NCBI GenBank assembly: GCA_963707655.1
Contig: OY970172.1
Coordinates: 800,001-864,000 of the forward strand
Direction: 5' to 3'
From: an uncultured bacterium
GTDB taxonomy: Bacteria; Babelota; Babeliae; Babelales; Vermiphilaceae
DNA length: 64,000 nt
Below, piece by piece: positions 9,801-19,746 of this stretch. Every line of letters begins with the position of its first letter. The stretch's first letter is position 1. Below the pieces are notes generated by a model, which saw only the letters and a program-made list of their open reading frames with translations, was not told the origin of the DNA and did no database searches. A program made the position numbers and the translations under genes.

Positions 9801-10721
9801 ATGAAATGTTTATCTTATTCGACTCTTTTTATTTTCTTTTGTTGGTCGATTGCTCTTGCAAATGCGCCAATTACGTATGTTTATTCTCACGGCCTGGGCT
9901 CCATGGGAGAACATGCCGTTTACTATGTAAAAGACCATTGCTTGGATAAGGTAAAAACATTGATAGAATCTACCGGCGAGATTACAGAAATGCCGCTTCA
10001 TGCTAAGGATGACGGTTCATTTTATCTTTTGTATCAGCCTGTTCATTTTTTTAATTATCCCAGCTCAGATGAAATTCATGCGATACAAAATGAATCTCAT
10101 ACCGTGATTAAAAAAGGACTCCCTTATCCGGAAAAAGTATCGATAGCACAACATATTGAAATTGAAACATTAAAAAATGAAATAGAAAAAATTACCGGTG
10201 ACTGCATATTATTTGGCCGGTCAATGGGCGCAGCAACTATTATTACCTATATGGCTCAGTATAAGCCAAAGAATGTTAAGGCTATTGTGCTCGAAGCCCC
10301 TTTTGACACGGTTGAACGAGTTATTCATCATAAAATCGGCTTTTGGGATAAGCTTGGCCTAGGAACGCTGTATTTAAAATATATGCACCCCGCTTATGAC
10401 GCTGCCGGAATAAAGCCGGCAACCGTAGCGCACCTTATTGATTCGCACATTCCCATTCTTTTTGTTCATTCAAAGAAAGATGCCTTTGTTCCTGTAGAAT
10501 GCTCACGCGCTTTGTATCAATCAATGAAGGCGAGTGGCAATACTCAAGTGCATCTTTTTGAATTGCAAGAAGCGAAACACAACAATGCCGGCATCAGTGC
10601 CGATGCAGATGATTACCAAAAAGTAGTGCATGCTTTTTACCGGCATTATGGCTTGCCGTATGATGAAAAGCTGGCTCTGGCAGGGGCACCCTTATTGGCA
10701 AACACTCAGCCAGTTTTGTAA
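9801..10721 (+). CDS. Secreted alpha/beta hydrolase
   Basis: Signal peptide. SHGLG, GRSMGA, VLEAPF, VHSKKDAFVP, KHN. Confidence 0.83.
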   Translation: MKCLSYSTLFIFFCWSIALANAPITYVYSHGLGSMGEHAVYYVKDHCLDKVKTLIESTGEITEMPLHAKDDGSFYLLYQPVHFFNYPSSDEIHAIQNESHTVIKKGLPYPEKVSIAQHIEIETLKNEIEKITGDCILFGRSMGAATIITYMAQYKPKNVKAIVLEAPFDTVERVIHHKIGFWDKLGLGTLYLKYMHPAYDAAGIKPATVAHLIDSHIPILFVHSKKDAFVPVECSRALYQSMKASGNTQVHLFELQEAKHNNAGISADADDYQKVVHAFYRHYGLPYDEKLALAGAPLLANTQPVL

Positions 10722-10794
10722 GCCTGCGCCGAGGTGCGCATAGAATTTAACACATCGAAACAAGCATTATTAATTGTTTATGGCGTTGTATTTG

Positions 10795-11973
10795 CTATTC
10801 TTCACGGCTTTTTTTAAATAATGGCCGAATTGTTTGATAGATGAGTGGATGATCCCGCTTTATGCTACGCACTATTTCTTTTGATTGCGCATCACGAATT
10901 TTTGGAATTTTTGTATTTTTACTCAATAGCCCGCGCTCGCCCACGCACGTAGCTAAAGAATGAAGAAAGTTTGCCTGCGCCATAGTTATTGTTTGTTTCA
11001 AGCGATCAAGAGCACTTAATTTCTCTGGGCGTATACCCCAAATTTTGACGGTCTTGTCATGTGAAGTAGAGGCAAGCAGAGTGCTATCATAATTGAATAT
11101 GGCTGAATTTACCCCGTGCGTATGTCCTTTCAGTGTGCGTAGCTCTTCTCTGGTAGTGGTATTACAGATCTTAATTGTGCCGTCGGCTAAAGCAAAAACA
11201 AGCAGGGTGCTATCGTGACTGAATGTAGCTGATTGTACCCTGCTTCTATATCCTTCAAGCCTGCGTATCTCTCGTCCGCTAGCGATATCCCAGAGCTTGA
11301 TTATACCGTCGCCTGAGACAGAGGCCAGCAGAGTGCTATCGTGATTGAAGCTGATTGAAATTACCTCTCCTATATGTTGCTCCAGCGCGAGCAACTCTTG
11401 CCCGCTAGCGATATCCCAGAGCCCGATTGCGCCGTCGGTTGAAACAGAGGCCAGCAGAGTGACATCGTGATTGACTGAATGTACCCAGCTGATATGTCCT
11501 CTATGTCCTGTTGCCAAAGCGCGTAACTCTTGGCCGCTAGCGGGATCCCAGATCTTGGTACCGTCGGCTGAAGCGGTAATCAGTGTGCCATCACAATTGA
11601 ATGTGACTGAAGTCGCCCTCCCGGTATGTCCTACCAGAGTGTGTAACTCTTGCCATGTAGCGATATCCCAGAGCTTGATTGTGCCATCGTCTGAAGCAGA
11701 GGCCAGCAGAGTGCCTTCATGATTGAATGTGGCTGACCTTACCGAGTCTCTATGCCCTGTCAGCGTCTGCAGGCATTCCATGCTCTGAGCATGCAAAAAT
11801 GGCCATGGCGCGATGTACGATGCAATGAGCGATCTCGTCTCCGGATAAGGTATTTCTCTTGTCCGAGAAATGGCTTCTTGAGCCGCTGTGAGCTTCTCTA
11901 AATGAGCATTATCCTCTGCCGCACGAATGCAAACAGAGGCAATAAGAGATAAAAGCATGTATTGTTTTTTCAT
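10795..11973 (-). CDS. Secreted WD40-repeat protein (6 repeats)
   Basis: Signal peptide. Six GH...SATFNHD.TLLASAS.DGTIKLWD-type repeats. C-terminus nearly identical to the upstream paralog. Confidence 0.93.
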   Translation of the reverse strand: MKKQYMLLSLIASVCIRAAEDNAHLEKLTAAQEAISRTREIPYPETRSLIASYIAPWPFLHAQSMECLQTLTGHRDSVRSATFNHEGTLLASASDDGTIKLWDIATWQELHTLVGHTGRATSVTFNCDGTLITASADGTKIWDPASGQELRALATGHRGHISWVHSVNHDVTLLASVSTDGAIGLWDIASGQELLALEQHIGEVISISFNHDSTLLASVSGDGIIKLWDIASGREIRRLEGYRSRVQSATFSHDSTLLVFALADGTIKICNTTTREELRTLKGHTHGVNSAIFNYDSTLLASTSHDKTVKIWGIRPEKLSALDRLKQTITMAQANFLHSLATCVGERGLLSKNTKIPKIRDAQSKEIVRSIKRDHPLIYQTIRPLFKKSREE

Positions 11974-13292
11974 TTGTCTCTTTCTTGATTATCACGAACT
12001 ATTTTAAATAATGGCCGAATTGTTCGATAGATGAGTGGATGATCCTGCTTTATGCTACGCACTATTTCTTTTGATTGCGCATCACGAATTTTTGGAATTT
12101 TTGTATTCTTGCTCAATAACTCCCGTTTACCTACGCACGTAGCTAAAGAATGGAGCAAGTTTGCCTGAGACATAGTTATTGTTTGCTTCAAGCGATCAAG
12201 AGCACTTAATTTCTCTGGGCGTATACCCCAAATTTGGACGGCGTTGTCATGTACAGCAGATGCAAGCAAAGTGCCATCATGATTGAACGTGGCTGACAAT
12301 GCCCAGCCTCTATCTCCTGCCAATGCGCGTAACTCCCGCCATGTAGCGGTATCCCAGAGCTTGATCGTACCATCGCATGAAGCAGAGGCGAGCAGAGTGC
12401 TATCATGATTGAATGTAGCTGACATTACCCAGTCTGTATGCCCTGCCAGTGTGCGCAACTCTTGCCATGTAGTGGTATCCCAGAGCTTGATCATACCGTT
12501 ACGTGAAGCAGAGGCAAGCAGAGTGCTATCGTGATTGAATGTGGCCGATTCTACCAAGTCTTTATGTCCTGCCAGTGTGCGCACTTCTTGCCATGTAGCG
12601 GTATCCCAGATCCTGATCGTACCGTCGTATGAAGCAGAAGCAAGCAGAGTGCTATCGTAATTGAACGTAGCTGATCTTACTTTGAAACCCGCATGTCCCA
12701 TCAATGCGAGCGACATTTGGCCGGTAGCAAGATCCCAAATCTTGACGGTACCGTCGTCTGAAGCAGAAGCAAGCAGAGTGCTATCGTAATTGAATTCGGC
12801 TGACGTTACCCCGCCTTCATGTCCTACCAGTGTGCGTAATTCTTGCCCACTAGCGAGATCCCAGAGCTTGACCGTGTGGTCGCGTGAAGCAGAGGCAAGT
12901 AGAGTGCTGTCATTATTGAATGTGGCTGATTTTACCCAGAATGCATGCCCTGCCAGTGTGCGCAACTCTTGCCCAGTGGCGAGATCCCAGAGCTTGATTG
13001 TATCGTCGTCTGAAGCAGAGGCAAGCAGAGTGCTATCATGATTGAATGTGGCTGATCTCACAGAGTCTTCGTGTCCTTTCAGAGTGATCAGACATTCCAT
13101 GCTCTGAGCGCGCAAAAATGGCCATGGCGCGATATATGATGCGATGAGCGAACGCTCTTCAGAATTTAGTATTTCTCTTGTTCGAGAAAGGGCTTCTTGA
13201 GCAACTCGTTGATCTATTAAAAGAGCGTTATCTTCTGCTGCACGAACAGAAGCAACGGCGATAAACATAATAACAGATATAATTTTTTTCAT
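11970..13292 (-). CDS. Secreted WD40-repeat protein (7 repeats)
   Basis: Signal peptide from the ATG at 13292 (MKKIISV). Seven roughly 42-aa WD40 repeats of high internal similarity. Confidence 0.93.
   Translation of the reverse strand: MKKIISVIMFIAVASVRAAEDNALLIDQRVAQEALSRTREILNSEERSLIASYIAPWPFLRAQSMECLITLKGHEDSVRSATFNHDSTLLASASDDDTIKLWDLATGQELRTLAGHAFWVKSATFNNDSTLLASASRDHTVKLWDLASGQELRTLVGHEGGVTSAEFNYDSTLLASASDDGTVKIWDLATGQMSLALMGHAGFKVRSATFNYDSTLLASASYDGTIRIWDTATWQEVRTLAGHKDLVESATFNHDSTLLASASRNGMIKLWDTTTWQELRTLAGHTDWVMSATFNHDSTLLASASCDGTIKLWDTATWRELRALAGDRGWALSATFNHDGTLLASAVHDNAVQIWGIRPEKLSALDRLKQTITMSQANLLHSLATCVGKRELLSKNTKIPKIRDAQSKEIVRSIKQDHPLIYRTIRPLFKIVRDNQERDK
12230..13100 (-). repeat. 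About 126-bp tandem coding repeats (WD40 units)
   Basis: GAAGCAGAGGCAAGCAGAGTGCTATC.TGATTGAA and ATCCCAGAGCTTGA recur at about 126-nt spacing. Confidence 0.9.
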
Positions 13293-13321
13293 TGTATCTC
13301 TTGGCTGAACGTGAATTCTAA

Positions 13322-14539
13322 TCACACTACTATGCGTGGAATTGAAACATTAATTTGTGTGGTAATTTGGCGCGCATTAAAACAGCCGGTTTGGCCCGCC
13401 AGATCTGCGGCACTGATTTGTGGACAATCTCCTAACAAAGTAACCGTCTCGTCACACTGCACATGGGGAATATGAGAAATATCAATCATGGTTGCATTCA
13501 TGGCAATAGTACCAATAATAGGAGCATTTTGATCTTTAACGCGCACCACCCCTTTGTTGCTAAGTCGTTTATCATACCCGTCATAATACCCAACGGGAAG
13601 CACGGCGACTCTTGTTTCTTTATTTGCCAGATACGTGCGGTTATAACCAACAAAACTGCCTGCCGCGATTGTTTTGATGTGAACTATTTTAGTTTTCCAG
13701 CTCAGAGCGGGGAGAAGATGCAGAGGAGATGCCGCGTCAACCAGCGCGCGATTCTGTTCTGATGGCCAGATGCCGTACGTGCCGGCTCCTAAACGAAATA
13801 CATTTACCCTATCATTGGCAACGGAGCTTATGCCGGCGGTATTTGAATGATGCCGAAAAGGAACAGTGATTCCTGCTTGTTCAAGGTCGACAAGGAGCTC
13901 GTTAAATATGTTGCTTTGTTTATGGGTAAAGGCAAGATCGCTATTGTTTGATTCGGCAAAATGGGTATATATACCGGTAATGCTGATCATCGGCAAATTT
14001 TTAACAAACTGTATGAGCGGAATAATTTCGTGCGGCGTAAAGCCAAAGCGCGAAAGGCCGGTATCAACCTTAATATGGATGGGGATTTTCTTTTGAAGTT
14101 CATGACCAATTCTTTGTAACTGCTCTAGGACATCGTAATCAGTCACCATTATATCGCAATCATAAAATGCGGCTGCCAGCAAATTTTCACGCGTGGGTGA
14201 TATGAGTAAAATGCGTTTAGTAATGCCCGCTTCGCGCAATTCAACCGCTTCGGACACGTGAGATACCATGAGCCAGTCAACCGCAGAATTTTTTTCGCAG
14301 AGTTGTGCAATGGGCACCATGCCATGACCATACGCATTGCTTTTTATAACAATGCCAAGTGAATTGTCTGTGCCAATAATTTTTTTAAAAGCAGCAATAT
14401 TATAATTAATGGCACGAGCGCTTATTTCAACCCAAGTTGAGGGCGCTATGTTTGTTAGCGCAGAGAAGGGAAAGGGTACTGTTTTTTCTCTACCTTTGTT
14501 TATGTCCGATGAAGAATTCATAGATGCCTCGAGCCCCAC
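13322..14539 (-). CDS. alr: Alanine racemase
   Basis: VIKSNAYGHG PLP-lysine motif, HIKVDTGLSRFG, THFA, VGYYDGY. Start codon uncertain. Confidence 0.95.
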   Translation of the reverse strand: MGLEASMNSSSDINKGREKTVPFPFSALTNIAPSTWVEISARAINYNIAAFKKIIGTDNSLGIVIKSNAYGHGMVPIAQLCEKNSAVDWLMVSHVSEAVELREAGITKRILLISPTRENLLAAAFYDCDIMVTDYDVLEQLQRIGHELQKKIPIHIKVDTGLSRFGFTPHEIIPLIQFVKNLPMISITGIYTHFAESNNSDLAFTHKQSNIFNELLVDLEQAGITVPFRHHSNTAGISSVANDRVNVFRLGAGTYGIWPSEQNRALVDAASPLHLLPALSWKTKIVHIKTIAAGSFVGYNRTYLANKETRVAVLPVGYYDGYDKRLSNKGVVRVKDQNAPIIGTIAMNATMIDISHIPHVQCDETVTLLGDCPQISAADLAGQTGCFNARQITTQINVSIPRIVV

Positions 14540-14660
14540 GTAAAGTTAAATATTGCGCTTATTATATCATTATTTGAGTGAAAAATGAAAAATATAACAA
14601 AATTTGATACACTTTTGTGAAGCACTCAATGGGTTGAAACCCGTTGTACAGTGCGTGGTT

Positions 14661-14760
14661 CTTCGAAGCCGACCCTACTACGCTAAAGCTTCGAAGGGTT
14701 CATTCTACTTTCCATTCATTCTCAAGTTAAATTTGAGGTGTTCTGGCGAAGTAGAATGAA
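14661..14760. repeat. Two adjacent palindromic hairpins (REP-like or structured leader)
   Basis: CTTCGAAGC (14661-14669) / GCTTCGAAG (14688-14696), and TTCATTCTACTT (14699-14710) / AAGTAGAATGAA (14749-14760). Confidence 0.6.
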
Positions 14761-14786
14761 GGAACTTTTAATCGAAATAGGTACTT

Positions 14787-15530
14787 ATGCAAACAAAAAA
14801 AACGGTCAAACAAGATGGCGAACTTGTCTATGGCATCAATCCTGTTATAGAGCTACTCAAAGCAAAAAAACGTCCTTTGATCACTTTGTATACAACCAAG
14901 CCGACTCCCAAGGCGTGGGACCGTATAGAAAAATTGTTAGAAGGCAAGCGCGTAAACATTCAATATGTTATGCGTGATGCATTAACTAAAATAGCCGGCA
15001 CTACCGACCATCAAGGCGTGATTGCCTGGGCAAAACCGTTTGTATATCGTAAAAAATTCTTTGAGCCGACAAAGCAAAAACATTTGGTGCTTCTTGATGG
15101 CATTCAAGATCCGCGTAATCTTGGCGCCATTTTGCGCTCTTCTTACTGCACCAACTTTGATGGGGTTATTATTCTACAAAAGGGGGCAGCCCCTTTAAAC
15201 GCTGCAGCGCTCAAAGCATCGGCAGGATTGGCAGAACATTTAGATATTTATCTTACTGCTTCGCCGGCAACTGCTTTGCAAGAGCTCAAGACCGCCGGTT
15301 ATCATCTGTATGTCGCCGCATTCAAAGGTGAAAATGCACACAAAATTGCCTATACCGATCCTTTGTGCATAGCTATTGGCAGCGAAGGAGCAGGAATTTC
15401 AGCACAGCTGCTAAAAGCAGGAACTCAAATTACTTTGCCACAAAAGCAGGGGCATGATATTTCTTATAATGCTTCAGTGGCTGCGGGTATATTGCTTTTC
15501 CTTGTAGGAACACAAAAAAACCTTATCTGA
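14787..15530 (+). CDS. rlmB: TrmH/SpoU family RNA 2'-O-methyltransferase, RlmB-like
   Basis: VYGINPVIE, DHQGVIA, LDGIQDPRNLGAILRS, IGSEGAG, SYNASVAAGI. Confidence 0.85.
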   Translation: MQTKKTVKQDGELVYGINPVIELLKAKKRPLITLYTTKPTPKAWDRIEKLLEGKRVNIQYVMRDALTKIAGTTDHQGVIAWAKPFVYRKKFFEPTKQKHLVLLDGIQDPRNLGAILRSSYCTNFDGVIILQKGAAPLNAAALKASAGLAEHLDIYLTASPATALQELKTAGYHLYVAAFKGENAHKIAYTDPLCIAIGSEGAGISAQLLKAGTQITLPQKQGHDISYNASVAAGILLFLVGTQKNLI

Positions 15531-15569
15531 CGATTGAAAGTGCGCCAACGGCAATGAAAGGAAAAATGT

Positions 15570-16052
15570 ATGCGAAACTTAATAGTTTTATTGTATGTTA
15601 GTTCAATTGTTTCTATGGATCTGCCCATAATGCCACAGGCTGAACGCTATGAATGGATTGGTAATAGTTACCCTAGTGCTCATGAAACAAAAATAGAGTA
15701 TGGGTTATATAAAAAGACAGGCCCTAAGCAAACTGTAGCGCTTGTTGGTCATCTCAAACTGTCTTTTCCCTTTGAAAGACCGCGTGAAGCATTGATTGAA
15801 CGCTTAATAACATATCCTGCTTTCTCCGAGCGCCACACACAGTATCTATTAAGATTTGCTTGCTGGTTGGCCTCCGAAAAGGGGTGCGAATCTGCAGGTT
15901 TATACGCGGATGGCGATATTCCGCAAGAAAAAGAAGACATTTTTTTAGAAGAAGGCTTTAACAAGCAAGTGCCATGGGTAAAAAATAATATCTTAGTCTG
16001 TTCCATCTCTGGTATCCTCTGTTTTTTTTATGAAAAACATCTGTTAAAATAG
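15570..16052 (+). CDS. Secreted hypothetical protein, possible degenerate GNAT fold
   Basis: Signal-like N-terminus. IERLITYPAF...LLRFACWLASEKGCESAGL...IFLEEGF resembles GNAT motifs A and B. Confidence 0.5.
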   Translation: MRNLIVLLYVSSIVSMDLPIMPQAERYEWIGNSYPSAHETKIEYGLYKKTGPKQTVALVGHLKLSFPFERPREALIERLITYPAFSERHTQYLLRFACWLASEKGCESAGLYADGDIPQEKEDIFLEEGFNKQVPWVKNNILVCSISGILCFFYEKHLLK

Positions 16053-16075
16053 CAGCTCTTATTATACAGGAGTTT

Positions 16076-17677
16076 TTGATGAAAATTTTTGCAATTATTT
16101 GGTCAATCATTGTTACCGTTATTGCAACCGCTATTATGAGCTATATCTGCATGGCAACCCCCATAGGGCCATGGGTAGAAACAACCATTCTTTTATTAAG
16201 CATTATGATAGTTCGTTTATGTCATACCCGCGCATCTAATCGCGTTGCAGTGCTCGGATTAACCACTGCTGCTGCCGGCATGGGAGGCATCATTGCTACC
16301 GCATGCGCCTTTTCTTTTCCTACGCTATTTTTTTTACAGCCAGCTCTTTTTAATTCCTGGCTAGCTAACCCCTGGTACTTTTGCGCAATAATGGCAGCGC
16401 TGGTTATTGCCGCAAGTGGTTTGGGATTATTGGTTGCGCAGAGTGTTGAGCTGTCTTTTCTCTCTAATGAAGCTATGCCTTTTTCAATTGGGCAATTAAC
16501 GCACAAAATGATTGTTGCACAAAACCAGGTTAAAAAATCATACGAGCTTTTTTACGGGCTGGGAGTTAGTTCTGCGTTGGTTGCTTTTCAATCGCTCTTG
16601 AAAGGGATAATTCCTCAATCGCTTTGTCTTGTGCCGCGCTTTTCTATCGGTTGCGTTTCGGTAGCGCAAATTGCTTTTAAACTTGATCTGTTGCCTATAT
16701 TTTTGGCCATAGGATTTATTACCGGCAAACTGTTGACCATTCCTTTGTTAGTCGGTGTTTTTTCAAAGTTTTTAATTCTTGAACCGTTACACAAATTAGC
16801 ATTTGCATCACTCACTGCAGAGAATTTTTATCTTGCTTTTTTCTCCGGCATGGTCATTCAAGGTGCCTTAATGAGCTTTGCTGATTTTCCCGCCCTTTGT
16901 AAGCGCGCTTATAAAAGCCTGGGTAAAAAAAGCGGCACGTTTACGCTTCATAAAGACATTATGCGACACATACCCTGGCACGCGCCTATACTTACTGCAT
17001 GCCTACTGATTCCCTTCTTCGTATATTTTCATTTTTCTTTATTGGCACAATGTTATCTGGTGATTGGTTCTATTATATGCACGTATCAGCTTATTATCAT
17101 TGCCGGTAAAATTGGTCTGGCGCCACTTGGCCGCTTTGCCACCTTTGTTATGGTGCCGGGACTGCTTTTGTTTGGTTTTAATGGGGTTCAAGCCACCATA
17201 GTTGCAGCATTTGTTGAAATTTCTGGCGGGGTTGCGGTTGACGCATTATTTGGACGCAAAATGGGGCAATTGGCAAACATCGATAGGCGCACTATTATCT
17301 GGTACCAAATACTTGGGGTGCTGGTGTGCGCGGCGAGCATAGGAATTATTTTCTGGTTTTTAATAACTCACTTTGGTCTACAAACTCCTGAACTTTTTGC
17401 TCAACGGGCGCAATCGCGGGCAATCCTCATTAATGCCTATTCTTTTGATTATTCTGTTATGGTAATAGGCGCTTTATTTGGTTTTGTTCTGAAATACTTT
17501 AAAGTTAATCCGGTGCTGGTGCTTGGCGGCTTGGCCATGTCTGTTGATGTTTCTCTCATGCTGGTGCTTGGCGGCTTTATTGCTACTTGTGTAAAAGATC
17601 CAGAAGAATACTATTCATTCTGGTCAGGCGTTTTTGCAGCCTCTTCTTTATGGATGGTGATGCGAACTCTTTTTTAA
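16076..17677 (+). CDS. OPT/YSL-family oligopeptide transporter-like membrane protein
   Basis: 533 aa with many TM helices. Lumenal PELFAQRAQ motif and G-rich C-terminal helices as in OPT family members. Confidence 0.6.
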   Translation: MMKIFAIIWSIIVTVIATAIMSYICMATPIGPWVETTILLLSIMIVRLCHTRASNRVAVLGLTTAAAGMGGIIATACAFSFPTLFFLQPALFNSWLANPWYFCAIMAALVIAASGLGLLVAQSVELSFLSNEAMPFSIGQLTHKMIVAQNQVKKSYELFYGLGVSSALVAFQSLLKGIIPQSLCLVPRFSIGCVSVAQIAFKLDLLPIFLAIGFITGKLLTIPLLVGVFSKFLILEPLHKLAFASLTAENFYLAFFSGMVIQGALMSFADFPALCKRAYKSLGKKSGTFTLHKDIMRHIPWHAPILTACLLIPFFVYFHFSLLAQCYLVIGSIICTYQLIIIAGKIGLAPLGRFATFVMVPGLLLFGFNGVQATIVAAFVEISGGVAVDALFGRKMGQLANIDRRTIIWYQILGVLVCAASIGIIFWFLITHFGLQTPELFAQRAQSRAILINAYSFDYSVMVIGALFGFVLKYFKVNPVLVLGGLAMSVDVSLMLVLGGFIATCVKDPEEYYSFWSGVFAASSLWMVMRTLF

Positions 17678-17792
17678 TAACTGCTCTTCTTCCCTGATTT
17701 TATTTCAATTATTGACTCTGGTAGTAAAAAAAAGATAAAAAGAAATAAGGATTATAGCTGCTTGATCTGTTATATCCAATAAGGGGTGAATA

Positions 17793-18512
17793 ATGCTTTT
17801 AGGGATACGTCACATACTCGCGTGCATGCTACTTGGCATAGGAATGATAGCCATTTTTGGCGTCTATCGATCGAAGAATAGTCTGTCATATTGTCTTGTT
17901 GCCGATCCACTTTTTTCGGCCGAGACGATAGATTTAATTTCTGCGCATATTACTCAACAAGCAGATATTGGTCCCGAGCAACTCTGTCAAAAATTAGTCG
18001 CTACTTTTTCTTCCATACAGCAGATTACTGCCCGCTGCAGTGCGCAAAGAATATGCACCGTATCAGTAGCCGCGGAGCAGCCACTCGCTCGGCTATCAAA
18101 CGGCAGCGTGCTTACCCTTAACGGCAAATGTGTAACACAAGAATGTTTTGTTGCAACAGCGCTTGAATCTCTTCGTGAAATTACTTTAAAAAATAGGTTA
18201 ACTGAAGATGATGCGCACGCGTTGTGCGCGTATCTTAAAAATAATTCTTCTAATTTTTTCAGTTGTTATGACATTGCGTGGAAAAACAAACATGAGATTT
18301 TTTTTCATGACAAGCAAGCAGATATACTATTTATCGCAGATTTAACAACGGTACCTGATGCGAATGCGCGCAAACTGATGACAGAACAGATAGTAGGCAA
18401 TGGTACAATGCCACACAAAAAACAAAAAACTTTGGTTGCTGATATTCGTTTTGATCATCAGTTTATTGTATATGGAAATAAGGGGGCATATCATGGCAAC
18501 AGTATTTTCTAG
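17793..18512 (+). CDS. Divergent FtsQ/DivIB-like cell division protein
   Basis: N-terminal TM, POTRA-like segment ending VSVAAEQPLARL, C-terminal ADIRFDHQFIV (cf. FtsQ DLRF). Overlaps the ftsA start. Confidence 0.6.
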   Translation: MLLGIRHILACMLLGIGMIAIFGVYRSKNSLSYCLVADPLFSAETIDLISAHITQQADIGPEQLCQKLVATFSSIQQITARCSAQRICTVSVAAEQPLARLSNGSVLTLNGKCVTQECFVATALESLREITLKNRLTEDDAHALCAYLKNNSSNFFSCYDIAWKNKHEIFFHDKQADILFIADLTTVPDANARKLMTEQIVGNGTMPHKKQKTLVADIRFDHQFIVYGNKGAYHGNSIF

Positions 18513-19728
18513 AAAAATTATCGTTTCCATTGATGTGGGGACTACAAAGATTTGCGTTCTGGTGGCACACGTTTTGGAAGGTGAATCTTTTGAGATTATC
18601 GGCATAGGCAAATCTCCCTCTGACGGCTTGAAGAAGGGAGTTGTTGTTGATATTGCAAAAACGGTACATTCTATAAAAAATGCCATTAAAGAAGCAGAAA
18701 TTATGGCTGGTATTTCTATAGAATCTGCCAGTGTTGGTATTTCAGGCGGCCACATACATTCGCTTAATTCCCACGGCGTGGTACCGCTTAAACATGGAGA
18801 CGTAAAGCCTTTTGATATTAGCAGTGTACTTGCGGCTGCCCGCGCTATTCCCGTTCCTGAAGGGCAACAGGTACTCCATGTATTGCCTCAATATTTTATT
18901 CTCGATGGTCATGACAGAGTGCAAGATCCACTTGGCATGCACGGCATTCGTCTTGAAGTGCAAGCGCACATTATCTTGGGTGGCATTGCATCGGTCCAAA
19001 ATTTAATCAAATGTTGTGAGCTGGCAGGAGTGAAAGTCACTGATATTATTTTAGAACAACTTGCCTCGGGAGATGCGGTATTAAGCGCTGATGAGCGTCA
19101 GTTGGGTGTTGCGGTGCTTGATATTGGTGGTGGCACCTCCGATTTAGCCTTGTATCAACAAGGCAACATTCGTCACACTATGGTGTTGCCATTGGCCGGT
19201 AATCATTTTACCAATGACGTGGCGGTAGGCATGCGCACCACGCTTAAAGAAGCAGAGCGCATTAAAAAGCAGTTTGGCTATGTATATTCTCCTTTGGTTT
19301 CCGAAGATAATTGTATAGAAGTTGAAGCGGTTCATGGCGCGGAAAAACAGATAATACAAATAAGTGACATGAATGCTATTCTGCAGGCGCGAGCGCAGGA
19401 AATTTTTATGTTGGTACAGCAAGAGATAACAACGCGCCACTTGCAAACATTTATGCGAACCGGGTTAGTATTAACCGGTGGCGGCTCGTTACTCGGCGGG
19501 ATTAAAGAACTGGGAGAGCAGATTTTCAAAGTGCCGGTGCGTATTGGCTCTCCGCGTCTTTCATACCAATTGCCCGAATTGCTTGATAGTCCAATATTTG
19601 CGACCGGTTATGGCTTGTTAATCAATACTTTGCGTAGAGAAATGCAAGGAGGCATGGATAGCCTTTCCGGACCGCTGGTAAAACGTATTTTTGTTCGTAT
19701 GAAATCATGGGTTTCAGATTTCTTTTAA
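18493..19728 (+). CDS. ftsA: Cell division protein FtsA
   Basis: SIDVGTTKI, GLKKGVVVDI, LDIGGGTSD, VLTGGGSLL. ATG at 18493 follows an AGGGGG RBS. Confidence 0.96.
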   Translation: MATVFSRKIIVSIDVGTTKICVLVAHVLEGESFEIIGIGKSPSDGLKKGVVVDIAKTVHSIKNAIKEAEIMAGISIESASVGISGGHIHSLNSHGVVPLKHGDVKPFDISSVLAAARAIPVPEGQQVLHVLPQYFILDGHDRVQDPLGMHGIRLEVQAHIILGGIASVQNLIKCCELAGVKVTDIILEQLASGDAVLSADERQLGVAVLDIGGGTSDLALYQQGNIRHTMVLPLAGNHFTNDVAVGMRTTLKEAERIKKQFGYVYSPLVSEDNCIEVEAVHGAEKQIIQISDMNAILQARAQEIFMLVQQEITTRHLQTFMRTGLVLTGGGSLLGGIKELGEQIFKVPVRIGSPRLSYQLPELLDSPIFATGYGLLINTLRREMQGGMDSLSGPLVKRIFVRMKSWVSDFF

Positions 19729-19746
19729 TGAGGTAAGGGGGAAGAG

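Noticed and set aside
11040..13100. Regularly spaced DNA repeats that could be mistaken for a CRISPR array or DGR template/variable repeats
   Set aside because: The repeats are in-frame 126-bp WD40 coding units. There are no unique spacers, cas genes or reverse transcriptase in the window.
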